Source: Clostridia bacterium (GTDB lineage Bacteria > Bacillota > Clostridia > Christensenellales > Borkfalkiaceae). From it: DNA of 64,000 nucleotides. The translations under genes and the position numbers were made by a program. The notes under the pieces were generated by a model, which was not told the DNA's origin, made no database searches, and saw nothing but the letters and a program-made list of their open reading frames with translations. The DNA lies in NCBI GenBank assembly GCA_021199295.1, contig JAJQII010000002.1:7756-71755 (forward strand), read 5' to 3'. Below, one piece after another: positions 56,675 through 64,000 of the stretch (the first letter of the stretch is position 1; each line of letters opens with the position of its first letter).

Positions 56675-58495
56675 ATGGCACTTACAAAAAATCAAAAGAT
56701 TCTCTCTTTTGTAGAGGAAAGCGCCGACATCGGGCAGCCTGACTATATCGTTTGGATAGACGGCAGCCAGAAACAGATCGACGAGCTTAGACAAGAAGCT
56801 GTGTATTCCGGCGAACTTATTAAACTTAACGAAACTTTGCTGCCCGACTGCTACCTTCACCGCACAAAGGTGAACGACGTAGCCCGCGTGGAGGACAGAA
56901 CGTTTATATGTACACCCAAAAAAGAGGACGCAGGCCCTATAAACTACTGGATGGACCCCAAGGAAGCACACGAGCTTTGCAACGAGATTGCCCGCGGCAG
57001 CATGCACGGCAGGACAATGTACGTTATCCCCTATTCCATGGGCGTTGTAAATTCAGATTTCGCGCGTTACGGCATAGAAGTTACCGACAGCATTTACGTT
57101 GTTCTTAATATGTGCATAATGACGCGCGTAGGCAAAGACGTTCTGGAAGCTATCGGCAAGGACGGCGACTTTATAAAGGGCTTCCACGCAAAATGCAACG
57201 TAGAAGCTGACAAGAGATATATAATGCACTTCCCCGAAGAAAACGCCATTATTTCCGTAAACTCGGCTTACGGCGGCAACGTTCTTCTCGGTAAAAAGTG
57301 CTTTGCACTGCGTATTGCATCTTACCTCGGCAAAAACGAAGGCTGGATGGCAGAACATATGTTAATCCTCGGTGTTACCTATCCCGACGGCGAAAAGAAG
57401 TATGTGGCTGCTGCATTCCCCTCGGCTTGCGGCAAGACCAACCTTGCAATGCTCATTCCCCCCAAACATTACCTTGACAAAGGCTACAAGGTAGAGTGCG
57501 TGGGCGACGATATCGCCTGGATTCGCGTGGGCGAAGACGGAAGACTTTGGGCGGTAAACCCTGAAAACGGCTTCTTCGGCGTTGCCCCCGGCACGAACGA
57601 ACACTCCAACCCCAACGCCCTTGCCTCAACAAAGCGCGGCACTATATTTACCAACGTCGCTTTGAATACAGACGATATGACTGTATGGTGGGAAGGTCTC
57701 AACAAAAATTTACCTGAACATTGCATCGACTGGACGGGCAAACCCTGGGATGCCTCTAAGTTCGATAAAAAGGATAAATCGACATGCGCTGCACACCCCA
57801 ACTCGAGGTTTACAGCACCCGCCGAAAATTGCCCCTGCATCTCGCCCGAATTTAACAGCCCCAAGGGCGTTCCCCTGTCGGCTATAATATTCGGCGGCAG
57901 AAGGGCTACCACTACCCCCCTTGTTTACCAGTCAAGGGATTGGAATCACGGCGTGTTCGTAGGCAGCGCAATGTCTTCTGAAACTACCGCCGCCGCCACG
58001 GGCGCTGTAGGCGTGCTCCGCCACGACCCTATGGCTATGAAGCCCTTCGCAGGCTACCATATGGGCGATTACTTCCAGCATTGGATTGATATGGGCAAGG
58101 TTGTTAAAAATCCTCCCAAGATATTCAACGTAAACTGGTTCAGGCAGGATAAAGACGGCAACTTCATATGGCCCGGCTTCGGCGACAATATGCGCGTGCT
58201 CGACTGGATATTAAAGCGCTGCGAAGACAGCGTAGGCGCTAAAGAGACGGCTATCGGCTATGTTCCCAATGCGGAAGATATCGATATCAGCGAACTTGAC
58301 TACGAGATTGCCCCCGGACACAAGTTTGGCATCAAGGATCTTGAAAGCATCCTTGAAGTGGATGAAACCCGCTGGGCTGCCGAGGCAGAGGAGCTTGAAG
58401 GATACTATAACAACACTATCCAGAGCCGCATACCTAAGGAACTTTGGGATTGCCTTGCAACATTGAAATCAAACTGCGCGAAAGCTAAAAAATAA
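56675..58495 (+). CDS. pckG: phosphoenolpyruvate carboxykinase (GTP)
   Basis: 606 aa, ...FPSACGKTNLAML..., ...GDDIAW... kinase motifs. Confidence 0.95.
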   Translation: MALTKNQKILSFVEESADIGQPDYIVWIDGSQKQIDELRQEAVYSGELIKLNETLLPDCYLHRTKVNDVARVEDRTFICTPKKEDAGPINYWMDPKEAHELCNEIARGSMHGRTMYVIPYSMGVVNSDFARYGIEVTDSIYVVLNMCIMTRVGKDVLEAIGKDGDFIKGFHAKCNVEADKRYIMHFPEENAIISVNSAYGGNVLLGKKCFALRIASYLGKNEGWMAEHMLILGVTYPDGEKKYVAAAFPSACGKTNLAMLIPPKHYLDKGYKVECVGDDIAWIRVGEDGRLWAVNPENGFFGVAPGTNEHSNPNALASTKRGTIFTNVALNTDDMTVWWEGLNKNLPEHCIDWTGKPWDASKFDKKDKSTCAAHPNSRFTAPAENCPCISPEFNSPKGVPLSAIIFGGRRATTTPLVYQSRDWNHGVFVGSAMSSETTAAATGAVGVLRHDPMAMKPFAGYHMGDYFQHWIDMGKVVKNPPKIFNVNWFRQDKDGNFIWPGFGDNMRVLDWILKRCEDSVGAKETAIGYVPNAEDIDISELDYEIAPGHKFGIKDLESILEVDETRWAAEAEELEGYYNNTIQSRIPKELWDCLATLKSNCAKAKK

Positions 58496-58519
58496 TTTAG
58501 TATTAAGTAAAAAATGATA

Positions 58520-58553
58520 CCCCGCCGAGGCTGCAGCCTCGGCGGGGTATTCT
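58520..58553 (+). terminator. terminator after pckG
   Basis: CCCCGCCGAGGC-TGCA-GCCTCGGCGGGG, then TATTCT. Confidence 0.6.
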
Positions 58554-58574
58554 ATGATTGTATTGGAATTAGCT

Positions 58575-58667
58575 TGCCGTGCAACGTTAGTTGCAATGCG
58601 CTACCACCGCTTGCAAGCGGCACGCGCCTACCTGTCATTGCGAGGGGGTCTACCCCTCGCAATGACA
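58575..58667. repeat. N module plus a perfect 15-bp palindromic form of the core (58633-58667)
   Basis: TGTCATTGCGAGGGG-GTCTA-CCCCTCGCAATGACA. Confidence 0.9.
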
Positions 58668-58741
58668 TTTTGTTATGTATCGTTTAGTAATTGTCGCTAA
58701 GTACCATATTGTCAAACGTTTGTTCTTGGATTTTATAAAGT

Positions 58742-58769
58742 CCCCGCCGAGGCGGCTGCCTCGGCGGGG
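58742..58769. terminator. second copy of the same GC hairpin, 3-prime of the Big_2 lipoprotein gene
   Basis: CCCCGCCGAGGC-GGCT-GCCTCGGCGGGG. The arms are the same 12-nt sequence as the 58520 hairpin, with a different loop. Confidence 0.6.
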
Positions 58770-58804
58770 ACGTTTGTTTTATAACCCTTTAAAGGAAAAG
58801 TCTG

Positions 58805-61219
58805 TTATTCTGAGGCACTTGTTATAGTAACGCCGACATAGTAGAAGTTGATGCTTGCACTTGCACAAATATAATACGTTGTAGTTGACGAAACTGTTAC
58901 CGTATGAGATATTGTTTTAGCATCTGTTTGCGAAGATGACGAAGCGGAAACGAGTGCGCTACTTGTTGAGTCTGTTGCTGATGTAGCAATTAACGCACTT
59001 CTTGATTCATCAGCTTTATTCGAAGTAAATATAGCGTAAATAGTTACAGATTTACCCACATATGCAGACAAATCAATTTTATAATAAGCTCTTGAGGAAG
59101 TTGTCTTACCTCCAGTATTCATAGCATATGTATAAGAATTTCCCTCTACAGTTGCGGTAACATCATTATCCGAACTATCCTTTATAATTGATACAGTTTT
59201 TGTGTCTGTATAGTTTGCATAACTTATTATACCGTCAGAAGCTGTTGTCGATATAGTCCCGTCTTCAGCAAAGTAATATGTTGTGCTTGCCGCCATTGAA
59301 TAGCCCTGCAAAGCGGTGTCGCTGTAATTTACGGCGTAGGTCAACGAGCTGACAACATATACAGTAATACTTGCAGAAACAGTTGAATCTGACGTTGAAC
59401 TTATGGTAACGGTATATTCACCTGCGCTTATTGTCGACTCCACTGCTACGGTTATCTTACCATCAGTGATAGTAGCCGTCACGCCTGTGGTAACTGATGA
59501 GCCGTTTTGTGTTACGGCTGCACTGATGTCAGAAGTTGTAAGGTTAGTAAGCGTAAAGCAATCTGTTATATCTTTACTGCCGCCTATCAAAACATTCACA
59601 GAAGTAACTTCTGCCGTTATTTTAGGATCTGCCGATAACGTTAATGTTATAGAAGCTGTAAGAGAATCGCAAGTTGCCGTTACTGTAACTTCACCGGCTG
59701 TAACCATGCTAAGCGTGCTTCCGCTTATAGTTGCCACAGATGTATTAGAAGAACTCCATGTGATTGAAGAAGTGGGTACAGTTGTAGTGTTTGCTAAATA
59801 GGTCGTAAGATCTAATGTTCCGCCGTCCGTATATTCTACATTACCTGTAGTATCTGTAAGCGCCAAAGCGGCTGTTTTAGCTTCAATAGCAACAACCGTT
59901 GTTATATATCCGACATTAGCAGAAATATATGTCGTGCCTTCTGCAACACCGGTTACAACGCCTTCTGAACTTACTGTCGCAGCATCTGTATTGCTTGAAG
60001 CCCATGTTATTGTATCAGAAGTTCCTGTAGCGGTAAGTGTTGTTGTATAACCTACCGCGACTGTGCTGTCACCGCTTACTGAGAGGGTATTAGAAACACT
60101 GCCGCTTGCTACAGAAATCGTTCCGCCGATTGTTATGTTAATAGCGTAAATACGGAAACCGTTGCTTGTTGTTATGTATAATGTATCGTTAGAAATTACG
60201 CCTTCGTAATTAAGCTCAATAAGAGTACTTGCATAGCTGCTGTCTGTGGGAGTCGTATAAGACGCTATCTCGCCGCCCGCTGTTTTCAGCTGGGTACTTG
60301 CCAGTAATAAACTTCTTGCCGTAGCTTTTTCACCTGAAGGTGTCGCAACAACCGTAATGCTTATGTTCTGACTCTGATAATCTGAGAGATCTAAAGCAAA
60401 ATATCTATACCAAACACTGTTTGTAGTACTCGATTGACCTTTTGTATCCAAATATCCAGTATATGTTACTCCGTCAGAAGCCGTTATAGACGTTGCGGAA
60501 TAGGTATACTCATCGTTATCAACAGATCTGCCTGTCCAAGAAACTATGCCCGTTGTTGCCGTGCTGTCTGTCGTGTATGTACCGTCTTTATTGAAGTATA
60601 CAGTGCCGTTTGCATCACCTGCTACCTTAGTAGTACTCCCTGTTGTAGCATCCACTGTTTTAGTCGACCATAAAGTAGTACTGTCTGCATAATTACCAAA
60701 TACAACGTTATAAGATACGGGCTGTGTCACCGTCACAGCGTAAGCGGCTGACGTTACATCGCCGATAGACGCCGTTATATTAGCCGTACCCTCGGCAACG
60801 CCTGATACAACACCGTCGCTTACGGTTGCTTTGCTTGTATCGCTGGAAGCCCACGTAACTGTTGCCGTTGTAGAAGTCGAATTATCGCTATATGTAACCG
60901 TTGCCGTAAGTGTTATTGTAGAACCTACTGCCACAGTAGTATCGCCTGAAATTGCTATAGAAGAAACAGTTGCGGGTTCTGTCTCGGTTTCGTCGTCGTT
61001 GTTGCCTTCCGAATTATTGTTTGAACTTGAACTGCTGCTTGAGCTTGAGCTGCTGCTGGAACTCGAGCTGCTTGACGAATCGCTCGAACTCGTAGAACTG
61101 CTTGTGCTGGAGCTGCTGGAATTTTCTGTCTCGTCTGAGCTGCAGGCAAAGAATGCAGAGCCGCAGCCTACGCAAACTACACAGAGAAGAGCAACAAGCA
61201 GTTTTCTGAATTTACTCAT
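58805..61219 (-). CDS. surface lipoprotein: poly-Ser linker, several Big_2 (bacterial Ig-like) domains and two copies of an unrecognised ~150-aa domain
   Basis: 804 aa. Lipobox FFAC. Repeated ...VSSIAISGDTTVAVGSTITLTATV...ATVSDGVVSGVAEGTANITA... matches the Big_2 pattern. Confidence 0.8.
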   Translation of the reverse strand: MSKFRKLLVALLCVVCVGCGSAFFACSSDETENSSSSSTSSSTSSSDSSSSSSSSSSSSSSSSSSSNNNSEGNNDDETETEPATVSSIAISGDTTVAVGSTITLTATVTYSDNSTSTTATVTWASSDTSKATVSDGVVSGVAEGTANITASIGDVTSAAYAVTVTQPVSYNVVFGNYADSTTLWSTKTVDATTGSTTKVAGDANGTVYFNKDGTYTTDSTATTGIVSWTGRSVDNDEYTYSATSITASDGVTYTGYLDTKGQSSTTNSVWYRYFALDLSDYQSQNISITVVATPSGEKATARSLLLASTQLKTAGGEIASYTTPTDSSYASTLIELNYEGVISNDTLYITTSNGFRIYAINITIGGTISVASGSVSNTLSVSGDSTVAVGYTTTLTATGTSDTITWASSNTDAATVSSEGVVTGVAEGTTYISANVGYITTVVAIEAKTAALALTDTTGNVEYTDGGTLDLTTYLANTTTVPTSSITWSSSNTSVATISGSTLSMVTAGEVTVTATCDSLTASITLTLSADPKITAEVTSVNVLIGGSKDITDCFTLTNLTTSDISAAVTQNGSSVTTGVTATITDGKITVAVESTISAGEYTVTISSTSDSTVSASITVYVVSSLTYAVNYSDTALQGYSMAASTTYYFAEDGTISTTASDGIISYANYTDTKTVSIIKDSSDNDVTATVEGNSYTYAMNTGGKTTSSRAYYKIDLSAYVGKSVTIYAIFTSNKADESRSALIATSATDSTSSALVSASSSSQTDAKTISHTVTVSSTTTYYICASASINFYYVGVTITSASE

Positions 61220-61562
61220 AAATACTTATCCTCCCTTATTGAGTAAAAAATTTTATGCCTTAAACTTTACGCAAAAAAATAAAAAAGGAAGTGTTTTTAA
61301 TTGCTTAACGATTAGTTAAGCAATTACCCGCGGGTAAAAAATTTTTCTTAATTTTTTTCAGTGGTCTTTCCCTTATAATATTAACGCGCGAAATTCCAAG
61401 GCATACTGATTATAACACGTAAAAATGTAAAATGCAATACATTCCGCCAAAATTTTATAATAAAAAACAAAAAATGTTTGTTTATAACAAAAAATAAATT
61501 AGTTTTTTTGTCAAACATTTGTTTTAATTAAGGTATGGTCAAATAGCGAATATTATCATCAC

Positions 61563-61853
61563 CTTTCAGTCACCATATTACCTTATAACAAGGCGAAGAG
61601 TTATTAAAAAGTAACGTATTATTTTTAAACAACTAATCTGCCGTCTTGCCTGCTGGTCGCGCGTCCGCGCGGGATTGCCACGGGGTAGACCCCCTCGCAA
61701 TGACAGATAGGTTTCTGTCGTTTCTTGACTAAAGTGACCGCGCACCACGTCATCCTGAGGAGAGAGCAAAGCGAACGACGTGAGGATCTCGCGAGAGCGA
61801 AGCGGCTCGCGGAAAGCCAAGCACGACGCCTTTCAGCTACCATACCACCGCTT
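61563..61853 (-). repeat. Complete ~290-nt composite unit (P + core hairpin + L)
   Basis: Collinear with 63095-63338 and with 28144-28437. Confidence 0.9.
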
Positions 61854-61933
61854 TTATAATTTATGCGGTTAGCCTCTTGAAAGGGGGAATTTGATGATAA
61901 ATCAATATTCTACTTAAAGGAGGAAAAGCGCAT

Positions 61934-62041
61934 ATGACAAATTCTGATTTATTAGAATTGGCTATGCTGCTTGAGCAGTTAAAAGCCTTACTTGATAGAT
62001 TAAATATAGAGTACTTAGCTATAAAAATTGCAAAAAAATAA
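61934..62041 (+). CDS. 35-aa amphipathic-helix micro-ORF
   Basis: Own translation MTNSDLLELAMLLEQLKALLDRLNIEYLAIKIAKK; AAAGGAGG 8 nt upstream; AT-rich. Confidence 0.4.
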   Translation: MTNSDLLELAMLLEQLKALLDRLNIEYLAIKIAKK

Positions 62042-62175
62042 CCGCCACTAATTGGATTAAGCTGCGGCAGTTATTTAAGTAACACAAACGGCTAACCGTT
62101 TAAAGGTTATACCCTTGTTGTGATTTTATTATATAACATATTTTTTTACTTGTCAACTATCAAAAAATAATTTTT

Positions 62176-62202
62176 TGCCGTGCAACGTTAGTTGCAATGC
62201 GC
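62176..62202 (+). repeat. N module fragment
   Basis: TGCCGTGCAACGTTAGTTGCAATGCGC is identical to 58575-58601. Confidence 0.8.
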
Positions 62203-62213
62203 TTTTACCTGTA

Positions 62214-62241
62214 AGCCTTCCCCTCAAGGGGAAGGCTTTTC
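62214..62241. terminator. hairpin terminator between the micro-ORF and the queT 3-prime end
   Basis: AGCCTTCCCC-TCAA-GGGGAAGGCT followed by TTTT on the plus strand. Confidence 0.6.
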
Positions 62242-62259
62242 TAAGTCAATAAAACGCTG

Positions 62260-62886
62260 CTATTTTTCTTGTTCGTCGGGGGATATGTCGGGGGTAATTG
62301 GATTTTCTGCAGAATTTTTATTTCCTGCGGCGACGTGCACGGGCGAAGTAAACACGCTTACGCCCCTGTTCCTTAACCTTAACACGGCAAAGTAAAGGGG
62401 AATACCTAAAACGTAAATCCAAAGAGCCTCGTTTAAAATCATTACGCCGAACTCGTACCAATAAACGACGTCGGGAGTGCCTGCAAGAATCCACACCGCA
62501 GGCACGATAAAGGCATTTAAAAGAATGGGGAATATACCGCCGATAACCACTCGCAGCACGTTATTTTTTACGATTTTACCAGTCAAATAAGTAAGCGCTG
62601 CCGCTAAGAGTGTGGCAAGACTTCCAAGGAAAATATCGTAAACCCCGTAGCCCGAAAACAAATTCGCCAGAATACAGCCGACGTAAAGGGCGGGCACTGC
62701 CTCGGGGAAAAACAGCGGAAGCACGCAAAGCGCTTCGGCGGGGCGTACTTGCAGAGGGCCGTAGGCAAGCGAGCCAAGCGACCATGTAAGTACAGTGTAC
62801 AACGCGGCAATCACCCCGGCGCGGCACAGCATTTTTGCGTTCCAGCGGGAAAAATCGCCTGCGATTGACCTGAATAAATTATTCAT
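62260..62886 (-). CDS. queT: queuosine-precursor transporter QueT (ECF S component)
   Basis: Trimmed to ATG 62886. Multi-TM, ...VRPAEALCVLPLFFPEAVPALYVGCILANL...; preQ1 riboswitch upstream. Confidence 0.85.
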   Translation of the reverse strand: MNNLFRSIAGDFSRWNAKMLCRAGVIAALYTVLTWSLGSLAYGPLQVRPAEALCVLPLFFPEAVPALYVGCILANLFSGYGVYDIFLGSLATLLAAALTYLTGKIVKNNVLRVVIGGIFPILLNAFIVPAVWILAGTPDVVYWYEFGVMILNEALWIYVLGIPLYFAVLRLRNRGVSVFTSPVHVAAGNKNSAENPITPDISPDEQEK

Positions 62887-62911
62887 TTTGTTTGTTGCGG
62901 ATATTCGGCGC

Positions 62912-63006
62912 AAAATATAAGGGACGGCATAAAACCGTCCCTGGAATACTTATATCCGCATCTCCTTCGGTTTTTTTAAGGAAGTGTTGAGCCGAAAACC
63001 TTCCTG
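62912..63006 (-). promoter_or_regulatory. preQ1-I riboswitch (aptamer about 62961-63006) with a terminator expression platform (62912-62941)
   Basis: Minus strand AGGAAG-GUUUUCGGCUCAACA-CUUCCU-UAAAAAAACCGAAGG. Loop UUCGG can pair with tail CCGAA. Then GGGACGG-UUUUAUG-CCGUCCC followed by UUAUAUUUU. Confidence 0.7.
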
Positions 63007-63094
63007 TTTTGATATGGTTATGTTTTGGTGAGGTATTTAGAATATCCCAGCATCAGTCACTTATTATTTAAGGAACAATGTTATATAAATAAAC

Positions 63095-63338
63095 ATTATT
63101 ATTTTTAAATAACTAATCTACCGTCCTGCCTGCTGGTCGCGCGTCCGCGCGGGATTGCCACGGGGTAGAATCCCCTCGCAATGACAAAGTATTGTGTGCC
63201 GCTCCTTAGCAGGAACGACCGCTCTCCTCGTCATCCTGAGGAGAGAGCAAAGCGAACGACGTGAGGATCTCGCGAGAGCAACTTAAGTTGCGGCTCGCGG
63301 AAAGCCAAGTTGGACGATATTCAGCTACCATACCACCG
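63095..63338 (-). repeat. Second near-complete composite unit (P + core hairpin + L)
   Basis: Collinear with 61563-61853. Differences cluster in the inner hairpins. Confidence 0.9.
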
Positions 63339-63341
63339 CTT

Positions 63342-63369
63342 TAAAAGCCTTTCCCCTCAAGGGAAAGCT
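63342..63369 (-). terminator. terminator after jag/khpB
   Basis: Minus strand AGCTTTCCC-TTGAG-GGGAAAGGCT followed by TTTT. Confidence 0.65.
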
Positions 63370-63385
63370 CTTATATTGAAACTAG

Positions 63386-64000
63386 TTATTCTTCTTTATT
63401 GTCGTCTTTGGGTTCTTTATTTTCTTTGCCAGCGCCGCTGTTGCCTAAATAAGTGCCCAAATAGATTTCCTTCTTGCCGCGGGCAGGGCGGGAGCTTTGG
63501 TTTCTGCCGCCGCCACGGTAATTTCTGTCGCGGTTATCACGATTATCGCGATTATCGCGGTTATAGTCCTTCCTGTAACCGTCCTTTCTGTAGCCACGGT
63601 TTTCGCGGTTATACTCGCGATGCTCGCCTTCAGGTGCTTCTCCTTCGGATTTATCGCCGTACTCGCGGCGTTCGCCGTAGTGTTTGTCGCGGTTGAACTG
63701 TCTGCCGCCACGGGGACGTTTATCGTAAGGTTTTTTATAAGGCCTCTTTTCGAAAGGCTTTTCGTTGTTGGGTATTATTATAACCCTGCGCATGGGCTCT
63801 TTGCCCTCTGATACCGTCTTAACCTCGGTATTTTCAGCCAGAGCTGAATGGATAACGCGGCGTTCGTAGGGGCTCATAGGGTCAAGGGCAACGCGGTGGC
63901 AGCGTTCTACCGCCTTTTGTGCTTTAGCTACCGCTATAGCCTGCAGCTTTTGTTCACGCACCGAACGATAATTTTCGCAGTCTACCACTACCCTGCGGTA
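63386..64000 (-). CDS. khpB: Jag/KhpB R3H-domain RNA-binding protein, C-terminal part (5-prime end beyond the window) with a long low-complexity tail
   Basis: ...LDPMSPYERRVIHSAL... is the R3H motif. The frame is open to position 64000. About 130 aa of R/D/N/Y/G-rich tail follows the domain. Confidence 0.85.
   Translation of the reverse strand, partial: YRRVVVDCENYRSVREQKLQAIAVAKAQKAVERCHRVALDPMSPYERRVIHSALAENTEVKTVSEGKEPMRRVIIIPNNEKPFEKRPYKKPYDKRPRGGRQFNRDKHYGERREYGDKSEGEAPEGEHREYNRENRGYRKDGYRKDYNRDNRDNRDNRDRNYRGGGRNQSSRPARGKKEIYLGTYLGNSGAGKENKEPKDDNKEE

Noticed and set aside
61578-61843. Track ORFs inside repeat clusters (61578-61820, 61625-61843, 40650-40928, 30446-30628, 30869-31078, 25792-26085, 20771-21121, 2310-2510)
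   Set aside because: They are translations of the repeat modules (CHCEGVYPVAI..., LGFPRAA..., PLKGEEGHEVAKG...). Copies differ by frame-breaking and non-synonymous changes, and there are no RBSs.
20786-63338. Possible CRISPR array formed by the recurring ATTGCCACG..CTCGCAATGACA units
   Set aside because: The units are dispersed over many loci in both orientations and are irregularly spaced. They are not separated by unique spacers of constant length, and no cas genes are present. They behave as REP/BOX-like dispersed repeats.
20786-63338. Integron attC sites or gene-cassette organisation, because hairpin repeats flank many operons
   Set aside because: There is no intI gene and no RYYYAAC/GTTRRRY core sites. 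The flanked genes are core housekeeping operons in mixed orientations.

Overview
This is a 64-kb chromosomal window from a Bacillota (Clostridia-like) genome, about half GC by eye, with most genes on the minus strand. Positions 1-15.9 kb hold the S10-spc-alpha ribosomal-protein cluster (rpsJ through rpoA; rpoA is cut by the window edge) with a consensus promoter and a leader attenuator. The rest is mostly housekeeping. It includes a MacB-like ABC transporter, two COG0523 metallochaperone-type GTPases, an EF-G paralog, kduD-like and deacetylase genes, a MATE pump and yitT-pdxST. It also includes tRNA-Arg(CCG), mnmA, rsmI, a ferredoxin, the yaaT-holB-tmk-decarboxylase-lysS-greA block, an aminotransferase with an Lrp regulator, GTP-PEPCK, queT behind a preQ1-I riboswitch, and jag/khpB (partial). 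Accessory content is an AT-rich M-R-M restriction-modification island (50.2-52.6 kb), two poly-Ser-linker lipoproteins, an orphan 565-aa coiled-coil protein and several micro-ORFs. The most unusual feature is non-coding. About 17 intergenic spacers, three of them inside the ribosomal-protein operon, are filled with a combinatorial network of short hairpin modules. Their stems co-vary between copies, they nest inside one another, and they form chimeras at hairpin loops. One ~150-nt triple-hairpin element always sits in the same orientation just upstream of a start codon. No transposase, recombinase or reverse transcriptase is present in the window. I cannot assign these repeats to a named family from memory, and no database search was possible.
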